This document shows positions 57,801 through 64,000 of a DNA stretch of 64,000 nt, piece after piece. The notes under the pieces are model-generated. The model was not told the origin of the DNA, searched no databases, and saw only the letters and a program-made list of their open reading frames with translations. The stretch is from contig VMGF01000001.1 of assembly GCA_007376445.1 (NCBI GenBank), forward strand, positions 114,875 through 178,874, written 5' to 3'. Position 1 is the stretch's first letter. The number at the start of each line of letters is the position of its first letter. The translations under genes and the position numbers were made by a program. Source of the DNA: Parcubacteria group bacterium Gr01-1014_3. GTDB taxonomy: Bacteria; Patescibacteriota; Minisyncoccia; UBA6257; WO2-44-18.

Positions 57801-58611
57801 CATTGTAATCATTCTGATCAGCATCGGAATCACCGGATAAGGTGATCGTCCTGGACTGACCGGCTTTAACTACGAATTTGTCGGTTAATTTCAACTTGTG
57901 GTCGGAACCGAAAGTCTTAGTATCACCCATTCGGATACCGTTTTCATCCAAGCCAACAACACCGCTGAAAGCGGCGTCATTACCTTGGCCAGTCCTCTCA
58001 ACGGACAACGAGGCTACGGTGATATCACCATCGGAAGACGCCGTTAACACCAACTTGGTGAATGGGCGGCTAGCGAAGGATTCGCCAAAAAGACCCGAAG
58101 CGGGTTGATCAGATGCTAAGGAAACGGACAAGCCTGAGCCACCTACTACTGGGCCAGGAGCCGGGGATGGGGTCGGTGATGGGGCTGCTCCAACAGAAGC
58201 AACCTTAGCACGCGTTATTGGACCAAAATAACCAACGGCCGGAGAGATGCCCACAGAAGCCTGATAGGCAGCCAACGCGGCTTTAGTTAATGATCCAAAG
58301 TATTCTGTAGCAGACGCGATCTTCAAATGACCCTTGCTGATCAAGAAGTTCTGCAAAGCCGTTACGTCAGCACCCCTGCTACCCACAGTGAGGTTGCGAG
58401 TATAGTTGTATGACGGAGCGGAAGAAGAACTGCCAGACGCAAGTTGCGCTTGAAGAGCAGCAATCTGAGCTAACAGAGCATTAATCTGAGCCTGTAAATC
58501 GGTCGATTGCGCAAAGGCAACCGGAGCCAATAACGAGGACCCAGTAAGCCACACAACAGTGGTTGCGGAAAGCAATACTGAAGTGAGTTTCTTTGTTATT
58601 GAATTACTCAT
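54847..58611 (-). CDS. Giant secreted/surface protein (1254 aa): signal peptide, Ala/Gln coiled segment, putative peptidoglycan-binding domain, then Thr/Ser/Gly-rich tandem beta-sandwich-like modules
   Basis: N-terminus MSNSITKKLTSVLLSATTVVWLTGSSLLAPVAFAQ (signal peptide); LQAQINALLAQIAALQAQL; GSRGADVTALQNFLISKGHL...YFGSLTKAALAAYQ (PG_binding_1-like). Then about 1000 aa of T/S/G/A/V/D/N-rich sequence with recurring roughly 100-aa modules such as ...VTLVDENGKVVAGPV...FKVGRHTYTLKGKI.... Confidence 0.7.
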   Translation of the reverse strand: MSNSITKKLTSVLLSATTVVWLTGSSLLAPVAFAQSTDLQAQINALLAQIAALQAQLASGSSSSAPSYNYTRNLTVGSRGADVTALQNFLISKGHLKIASATEYFGSLTKAALAAYQASVGISPAVGYFGPITRAKVASVGAAPSPTPSPAPGPVVGGSGLSVSLASDQPASGLFGESFASRPFTKLVLTASSDGDITVASLSVERTGQGNDAAFSGVVGLDENGIRMGDTKTFGSDHKLKLTDKFVVKAGQSRTITLSGDSDADQNDYNGQLVSLSLVGVDAGSANVNAGFPLVGNYMTVNSTLTIGSMTLERGALDPGTAATKEIGTAGYIFAGLKLTAGANEDILVKSIRWNQGGSAAASDLGNLKTYLDGVMYDTTVSTDGKYYTAIFGTGITIAKGLNKEVYIKGDVLSGSNRGVDFDLYRYADIKATGMTYGYDVLPTATDSADSSTDDDGTLQNTQPNYDAYEVTIGAGSLSVEKATSVGSQNIAENLADQVLGGFVADVKGEDVTVAAMNFDASTIEAAGTGGTIDSNDLTNVTLVDENGKVVAGPVDGQVGGNNAFRFSDTVTFKVGRHTYTLKGKIGTDFAQNDQFAASTTPSSDWTTVKGTNSSQTITPSGGTVTLSTMTIKTGALVLTISTDTASSSPNQNVVKGTGAYQFAKYILDASESGEDLRITSMQLDLTTSYPANTADELTNCQLKDGATALNTGTNIVNPSNDDAAGVDKTFTFDTSLVVPKGTAKTLALVCNLTAGGTVEYVGWGAGGLTTAANQAVVTGVTSGTSVAETVTTDLGRTIVAQTGGTLTLALDSSSPSLKLIQAGATDQTLSVLRFNASYEDVRLDLLGLQLATTSAANDQANASNSPSDLTKVTLWDGATKVGEVTFTGDYATATLSNFVIPKDGQKLLTIKADISPMNTTLSQAVPGHLINVDYNAAWGDAPDDDANEGAQGGKAIGISSGTTVYTAGVDTASNGARIVKAMPTLSKLATSGKFTNTSDQTLYRFKIDAPAGTNGVSLYKMTFNVSTSTTAVTNYETEDAGVFRVTNLRLYCYSDAGFSQGSCGNSSGLLNQFGLAIADGTNVDFEDVVSNADPDVDVAVLFNPTASSGATAEAIRISAGETRWFELKADVTGASSTPNISTKILGDAGWNAVHCDVAASENVVSACDYSPSPNVGQAQAGRFTATAALIDAVSAGTFTATTEATIVAGDDDNFIWSDNATNSTQGIASDDWFTGFLLPGVPSVSTSAEVLTF

Positions 58612-58746
58612 AATTGTTACTTTTTATTTACTTATTTACGTTAATTTATAATTTGCTTTTTTTCACAAAAATTGTCTCCCATCATTCCCAACCGCTCATG
58701 CGATAGAGACTCGACCACGATAGAAAACCATTCCTGGTATCGTATG

Positions 58747-58775
58747 AAGATAGTGTCTAATACCGAAAATGTCAA
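58747..58775 (-). promoter_or_regulatory. Candidate sigma70-type promoter for the giant surface protein gene (-35 TTGACA, 17-nt spacer, -10 TATCTT), implying a leader of about 130 nt
   Basis: Minus strand reads TTGACAttttcggtattagacacTATCTT. The 328-bp intergenic region has no ORF and no obvious Shine-Dalgarno before the ATG at 58611. Confidence 0.3.
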
Positions 58776-58939
58776 CGAGGAACAAAAAAGGCCTTTTGTG
58801 GAGGCCGGTAAACAAACAGATCGTTTTTAAAGCTTAATCCCCTCGTGAGGAGGGGGAAGTCGCTTAAAACGAAGATCCAGCCTCACACTGAACCTTTAGT
58901 ATTCAATTTTTGGTATCAGATAGGATAACGAGGCAGAGG

Positions 58940-59599
58940 TTATTTTATTACATAATAGCTTGCCGGCCCTCCATTCCCTACCCTCTCAATTAAGCCCTGG
59001 GCGCACAGTTTTTGGAGATCATATCGCATAGTCCTTTCGCTGACTTCCGGGAATGCGGCAATGATATCCTTAAGCGGCAAATTGCCGGCTTGCCCGCCTC
59101 TGGCGTTGGATTGCCGGATTTTGTCCAAAATTGCCGATTGCCGGATTGTTGCCGTAATACCGTTACCGTTTGCCTGGTTCATTGCCGAATCCTGCATTAT
59201 ACCTGGCAATGGTCTTGCCGAACCCTCATTAACAATTGCCGCATTAGTGGTTGGAAGGGTAATTGGCTGTTTGGAAAACATAGATTCCAATACCGGTACA
59301 CCTGTATTTGCCGAATCTAATTCGGCAATTTGCCGGATTGCCGCATTCAAGGCGCCGAACTCCCGCAAAAGCACCAATGCATTATTTTTCTCTATCTCAT
59401 AGACCTGCTTACCAAGTTCCACGAGGACCGAAAGAGAAGTCAGGGTCCTGATCCCCGCTTTAAGGTCTTCCGTAGCTACCTGTTCGGCTAGCTGAAAGGC
59501 TAACTGCTCGATGCGCTCTTTAAGGTAGGTCCGGCGGATGTATACGGCAACCCGAAACAGGGCATAAGAAATTTCTTTGGCTTTTTGATCAATAGACAT
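58940..59599 (-). CDS. Transcriptional regulator with C-terminal DeoR-type HTH domain, 219 aa
   Basis: SAILDKIRQSN...LPLKDIIAAFPEVSERTMRYDLQKLCAQGLIERVGNGGPASYYV fits the DeoR HTH pattern. Helical N-terminal domain of unknown family. Confidence 0.55.
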   Translation of the reverse strand: MSIDQKAKEISYALFRVAVYIRRTYLKERIEQLAFQLAEQVATEDLKAGIRTLTSLSVLVELGKQVYEIEKNNALVLLREFGALNAAIRQIAELDSANTGVPVLESMFSKQPITLPTTNAAIVNEGSARPLPGIMQDSAMNQANGNGITATIRQSAILDKIRQSNARGGQAGNLPLKDIIAAFPEVSERTMRYDLQKLCAQGLIERVGNGGPASYYVIK

Positions 59600-59715
59600 T
59601 AGATATCAGTATAATTACAATAAGTTAAAAGTCCATCAGGTCTATAAAGTCCATAAAGCTTTAAAGACTTTAAGAACTTTCGACTTTAGACTATCCTATG
59701 CTCCAATTTATACTT

Positions 59716-60465
59716 CTATGCAATTAGTGACCACTCGGTACTGGCAAAAATAAGTAGCGACAAGACAATAAAAATTGTAAGGTCGGTTAAAATCATCTTT
59801 CGATTTAGCGTTTTATTAATATACCCATCAGTTAAATCGGTTAGCGCGAAATAACCTAACAAAACCAGACTTGCCGCGTTCAGCGAGGTAAGAGGCAACA
59901 ACCTGGCAACGAGTGAGAGCTCTAGTAAAATCAGCGCGGCCGAAAGCGTAAGAGTTCGATTTTTTCCGCCTGAGGCGGATCCTCCTTCGGAGGAAAATAC
60001 TCCATGGAAAACCAAGCAATATCCAATAAATAACACGACTGTTTTTAAAACTAAGCCAGAAAAAGCTGCGGAGTTAAAGAACAAAAACGCCATGGCGAGA
60101 ACCAGAGCCAGGGCAATAAACCTGGACCAAGCTTCGCGTCTAATCAAAACCAGGTCTTTCACCCCCAAGATCAAGTAGAAAATTACCGAGGCAAATACCG
60201 CCGAGCCAAGAAAATAATCAAAATTATTCAGCAGATTCGCGAAAATTATCGAGACCACCAGAAGCAAAGTTAAATTGTTAAGTTGGCTAGTGGGATTAAA
60301 GATCGGCTTGAAATACAAAAAAGACGCCACGAATATGAAAAATAGAACCGGAAATAATCCTAAATTACCGATCTTGGCCAGCACCAAAAACCCGCCGAAA
60401 ATAAGCGCCTTAACGGCTAACCGTAATTGCTGACTGTGAAAAACTGATTTTAACTTTGTCACCAT
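59716..60465 (-). CDS. Hypothetical polytopic membrane protein (about 250 aa, roughly 7 TM)
   Basis: Highly hydrophobic throughout; no recognisable motif. Start is uncertain and overlaps the clpB 3' end. Confidence 0.4.
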   Translation of the reverse strand: MVTKLKSVFHSQQLRLAVKALIFGGFLVLAKIGNLGLFPVLFFIFVASFLYFKPIFNPTSQLNNLTLLLVVSIIFANLLNNFDYFLGSAVFASVIFYLILGVKDLVLIRREAWSRFIALALVLAMAFLFFNSAAFSGLVLKTVVLFIGYCLVFHGVFSSEGGSASGGKNRTLTLSAALILLELSLVARLLPLTSLNAASLVLLGYFALTDLTDGYINKTLNRKMILTDLTIFIVLSLLIFASTEWSLIA

Positions 60466-63019
60466 CTTTAATTTCTCCACCGATAATCTTATCGGCCAAT
60501 TTATCTAGTATAGCTTTTTGGATCATTCGCTTGATCGGACGGGCTCCATAATCAGGATCAAAACCATTTTCCACGATATACTTCTTAGCCGACTGGTCAA
60601 TGTTAATAACAATGTCCCGATCCTTTAGACGATTTTTAACAAGACCGATCTGAATATCCACGATCTTCTCGATATCCGCCTTCTTTAAGGCGTTGAAGAC
60701 TACCACCTCATCAATGCGGTTCAAGAACTCCGGCCGGAAAGTATTTCTTAGTGATTCCCGGACTTTTTCCTTAAAATCAGCTTCTTTAGCCGAAGCGTCA
60801 TTGCTATTTCCTGATGCAAAACCGATATTAGACATTGCTTTAAAGTAATGACTGCCCACGTTCGATGTCATGATGATGATCGTGTTCTTGAAGTTAACCA
60901 CCTTGCCCTTGCTGTCGGTTAACCGGCCATTATCCAGGATCTGAAGTAGTATATTGAAAACCTCTGGATGGGCTTTCTCGATCTCATCAAACAAGATCAG
61001 GCTATATGGGCGATGTCGGACAATCTCAGTCAGCTGACCGCCGTCTTCATGACCCACATATCCCGGCGGCGAACCGATTAAGCGGGCTACGGAGTGCTTT
61101 TCCATATATTCGGACATATCAATACGCACCAATGCCTTATCATCGTTAAACATAAACTCTGCCAAAGCCTTGGCGAGTTCAGTTTTACCTACACCAGTCG
61201 GACCAAGAAACATAAATGAGCCCAATGGCCGATTGTCATCGGACAAACCGGCTCTGGCGCGGCGCAAAGCGCTGGCGGCGGCCTTAATGCCTTCTTCCTG
61301 GCCGACCACCCGTTCCGTCAACACTTCTTCTAACCTCATAAGCTTCTTGCTCTCAGACTCCAGCATCCGATGAACCGGAATTCCGGTCCAGCGCGCGACC
61401 ACCGCGGCAATATCTTCCTCTCCAATCGCCTCTTTAATAGAGGAAAACAGCTTCTTTTTCTCAAAGTTTTTATAGTCTTTTTCCGCCTGCGGCAATTCCC
61501 CATAAATGATCTGCGCCACACGCTCTAAGCTGCCCTCGCGTTCAGCCAATTCGGACTCTCTACGGAGATCGTCTATTTTCTTCCGAAGAATGTTCATCTT
61601 CTCAAAAGCGGCCTTCTCGGCATTCCAATCAGAAGAAAGATCATCGCTTTTGTCTTTAAGCTTGGAAATCTTGACATCCAGCGCCTTTAAGCGGACTTTA
61701 TTTTTAGACGGACTTTCTTTGGCAATCGCGGAACGCTCGATCTCAAATCGAGTAACTTCGCGGCGCGCCTTATCCACATCCACTGGAACCGTCTCGGTTT
61801 CCAAGCGCTGGGCGGCGGAGGCTTCGTCAATCAAATCAATCGCCTTGTCCGGCAAGAAACGGTCGGTAATATACCGAGCGGAAAGATTAACTGCCGCCAC
61901 GATAGCCTCATCGCTGATCCTCAGCCCGTGATGGGATTCATATTTTTCCTTCAAACCGCGCAAAATCGAGATCGCGTCCTCGGTGCTCGGTTCCTCAACC
62001 ATGACCGGCTGAAAACGGCGCTCTAAGGCCGGGTCTTTTTCGATATGCCGTTGATACTCTTTAATAGTAGTCGCGCCAATAGCGTGAAGTTCGCCTCGGG
62101 CAAGCGGCGGCTTTAATAAATTGGAGGCGTCTATCGCTCCTTCGGCGGCTCCTGCGCCGACAATCATATGAATCTCGTCTATAAATAGGATCAGGCGTCC
62201 GGCCGAATTCTGGATTTCCTTCACAAAAGCCTTCAGGCGATCCTCGAACTCACCTCGGAATTTGGTCCCGGCGATCAAAGAACCAAGATCCAACATAATG
62301 ATCTCCTTGTCTTTGAGGGTTTCCGGTACATCCCCGGAGACTATTCTCTGAGCCAAACCTTCGACTATCGCTGTCTTACCCACACCCGACTCGCCGATCA
62401 AAACCGGATTATTCTTAGTTCGGCGGGAAAGAACCTGAATTAAGCGGCGAAGCTCCTCATCCCGGCCGATAACCGGATCTAACTTTCCAGCCCGGGCTTT
62501 ATCGGTCAGATTAATAGCGTATTTCTCCAAAACCTGGAACTTGCTCTCCGGAGTCTCATCGGTAACCCGGGTGGAACCACGGAGTTGAGCTAAAGCCCGG
62601 AAAGCAGCATCGCGACGCACGCCCACCTTCTCCATGATCTTCTGAGCGGCGGAAGGGGTCTCGATAATGCTTAAAAGTAAGTGCTCGCAGGAGATATATT
62701 CGTCTTTTTGGGAAACGGCTATTTTACCGGCGCGGTCTAACACCGCCATCAGTTCTGGCGACAAATAGAGCTGACCGGTGCTAGACGCGGCAAAGATCTT
62801 CGGAGTCTTCTTGAGCTCATCCTCTAATTCCTTAAAAAGCTGATCTAAATTGATACCGGCCTTAACCAGCATCGGGCGAACCAAGGTCTGCTCGTCGTTT
62901 AAAAGCGTGTATAAAAGGTGAGGAACTTTAAACTCACCGTGATTTTTCTGACTCGCCAACTCCTGGGCGGCCTGCAGGGCCTCTTGGGCACGAATCGTAA
63001 AACGATTAAATGATGCCAT
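60410..63019 (-). CDS. clpB: ATP-dependent chaperone/disaggregase ClpB, 869 aa
   Basis: N-domain [22 protein letters not shown]; two AAA+ modules ([15 protein letters not shown] Walker A and [17 protein letters not shown] Walker A2); coiled-coil middle domain. Confidence 0.95.
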   Translation of the reverse strand: MASFNRFTIRAQEALQAAQELASQKNHGEFKVPHLLYTLLNDEQTLVRPMLVKAGINLDQLFKELEDELKKTPKIFAASSTGQLYLSPELMAVLDRAGKIAVSQKDEYISCEHLLLSIIETPSAAQKIMEKVGVRRDAAFRALAQLRGSTRVTDETPESKFQVLEKYAINLTDKARAGKLDPVIGRDEELRRLIQVLSRRTKNNPVLIGESGVGKTAIVEGLAQRIVSGDVPETLKDKEIIMLDLGSLIAGTKFRGEFEDRLKAFVKEIQNSAGRLILFIDEIHMIVGAGAAEGAIDASNLLKPPLARGELHAIGATTIKEYQRHIEKDPALERRFQPVMVEEPSTEDAISILRGLKEKYESHHGLRISDEAIVAAVNLSARYITDRFLPDKAIDLIDEASAAQRLETETVPVDVDKARREVTRFEIERSAIAKESPSKNKVRLKALDVKISKLKDKSDDLSSDWNAEKAAFEKMNILRKKIDDLRRESELAEREGSLERVAQIIYGELPQAEKDYKNFEKKKLFSSIKEAIGEEDIAAVVARWTGIPVHRMLESESKKLMRLEEVLTERVVGQEEGIKAAASALRRARAGLSDDNRPLGSFMFLGPTGVGKTELAKALAEFMFNDDKALVRIDMSEYMEKHSVARLIGSPPGYVGHEDGGQLTEIVRHRPYSLILFDEIEKAHPEVFNILLQILDNGRLTDSKGKVVNFKNTIIIMTSNVGSHYFKAMSNIGFASGNSNDASAKEADFKEKVRESLRNTFRPEFLNRIDEVVVFNALKKADIEKIVDIQIGLVKNRLKDRDIVINIDQSAKKYIVENGFDPDYGARPIKRMIQKAILDKLADKIIGGEIKDGDKVKISFSQSAITVSR

Positions 63020-63138
63020 GTTGATTATGTATAAATTTTCGAGTCTGCAGACAAAGAAAATTTATCTACAGAATCGACACCCCGCCAACGGCGTGGGTCT
63101 TCCTTATTATTATTGTAGCAAATTTTAACACTCCTCCC

Positions 63139-64000
63139 CTATTTTGACAATATTGCCGTAACTAAAATTTTCGCTGCGCGGTCAATCTCCGCCTGAGTAG
63201 TCTGTCTACCAAAAGAAAATCGCAGACTTTGCGAGGCACGGTCTTCTGAAAATCCCATCGCTTCCAACACAAACGAGGCCTTAGAGGTCCGCGTAGAGCA
63301 GGCCGCGCCTGGAGACACGGAAGCTCCCGCCAGATCCAATTTGATCAATAATTCCTGAGCCGATTTTCCTGGGAAATAAATATTTAAATTATTCGGCAAG
63401 CGGTATTTCATAGAACCATTCAATTGCATTGAAGCCCCTCGACTTCGCTCGGGGACTAATATTTTCCGAGCCTGTCGAGGAACTACTTTTATTTTTTGGA
63501 GTTCTTTCCAAAAATAATCACGCAACTCGCCAACCCGTTTTGATTCCCGATTTTGCATGGCCATGCTCAACTCTACCGCCTTCGCGAAACCAACGATATA
63601 AGGGACATTATCCGTCCCGGATCGTAAGCCAAACTCCTGGCCAGAACCAGTAATGATAGGGTGTAGCCAATAGCCAATAGGGGCTAGCGAGCCCTTCGGC
63701 TGTTCGCCACTAAACCCTAAACCCTTTGCCCTATGCCCTCGTACATACAACGCCCCAATCCCCTTCGGTCCATAAATTTTGTGCGCGGAAAGAGTCATGA
63801 GATCTACTCCCAGCTCATTTACGTTGCAATCCAAATACTGAAAGGCTTGTACGGCGTCGGTGTGGAAAAGAGGATAGGCAGAATTTTTAATTTTCAATTT
63901 CCAATTTTTAATTATGGAAGAAATTTCAGAGATGGGCTGTATCGTGCCGACCTCATTATTCGCCATCATCACCGAAACTAAAACCGTCCGGTCATTAAGA
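63139..64000 (-). CDS. Cysteine desulfurase (NifS/IscS, class V aminotransferase), N-terminus beyond the window edge
   Basis: MTLSAHKIYGPKGIGALYVRG contains the PLP-lysine motif SAHKxxGPKG. Only the C-terminal 277 aa are shown. Confidence 0.8.
   Translation of the reverse strand, partial: LNDRTVLVSVMMANNEVGTIQPISEISSIIKNWKLKIKNSAYPLFHTDAVQAFQYLDCNVNELGVDLMTLSAHKIYGPKGIGALYVRGHRAKGLGFSGEQPKGSLAPIGYWLHPIITGSGQEFGLRSGTDNVPYIVGFAKAVELSMAMQNRESKRVGELRDYFWKELQKIKVVPRQARKILVPERSRGASMQLNGSMKYRLPNNLNIYFPGKSAQELLIKLDLAGASVSPGAACSTRTSKASFVLEAMGFSEDRASQSLRFSFGRQTTQAEIDRAAKILVTAILSK

Noticed and set aside
63020-63138. CIRCE/HrcA or HAIR heat-shock operator upstream of clpB
   Set aside because: No TTAGCACTC-N9-GAGTGCTAA-like inverted repeat is present. 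Only an imperfect hairpin (ccacgcc-gttg-gcggggtg) occurs, and it is more likely a weak terminator for the upstream NifS-like gene.
1-64000. CRISPR arrays, tRNA/rRNA genes, transposases, integrases, phage genes, toxin-antitoxin pairs
   Set aside because: No regularly spaced direct repeats were seen, nor any cloverleaf-like conserved tRNA sequences (GTTCGAAT-type T-loops). No DDE/tyrosine-recombinase motifs were recognised in any ORF. Intergenic space is minimal apart from 58612..58939.

Overview
Gene-dense window (roughly 45% GC, almost every gene on the minus strand, frequent ATGA-type start/stop overlaps) with housekeeping genes at both edges: partial folD at the left, clpB and a partial NifS/IscS-like cysteine desulfurase at the right. 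About 55 kb in between is one large glycan-biosynthesis and surface-modification locus. No rRNA, tRNA, CRISPR array, transposase or integrase was recognised.

Recognisable pathways and families in the locus:
(1) GDP-heptose-like pathway: short transaldolase, SIS/GmhA-like isomerase, HddA-like GHMP kinase and a sugar-1-P nucleotidyltransferase.
(2) CDP-hexose pathway: RfbF cytidylyltransferase, RfbG 4,6-dehydratase, a TylC3-like NDP-hexose C-methyltransferase and a Gfo/Idh/MocA oxidoreductase.
(3) Nonulosonic-acid pathway: NeuB-like synthase, CMP-NulO synthetase, an SDR and Gfo/Idh/MocA oxidoreductases.
(4) Methylation: at least nine class-I SAM methyltransferases plus a B12-binding radical SAM enzyme.
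(5) Alditol-phosphate transfer: three TagB/TagF-like CDP-alcohol phosphotransferases and a double LicD-like nucleotidyltransferase-fold protein.
(6) Glycosyltransferases: six GT4 genes (one a tandem GT4-GT4 fusion), two DPM1/GtrB-like GT2 polyprenol-P-sugar synthases, two ArnT/PMT-like GT-C transferases (one frameshifted) and two YfhO-like polytopic membrane proteins.
(7) Other: a Wzx-like flippase, a CE4 deacetylase, two Nudix hydrolases, and a carrier-protein cassette (adenylating enzyme, ACP, AcpS, tandem GNAT).

The locus abuts a 1254-aa signal-peptide-bearing, Thr/Ser/Gly-rich, peptidoglycan-binding-domain surface protein and a DeoR-HTH regulator.

Notable sequence-level oddities: a 99-bp stretch that is 100% identical between the two YfhO-like paralogs, with reading-frame breaks exactly at its boundary in both; heptanucleotide tandem repeats inside GT4 genes that look like phase-variation switches; a single-nucleotide frameshift in one GT-C paralog; and an 11-fold TTGCCG hexamer enrichment inside the regulator gene.
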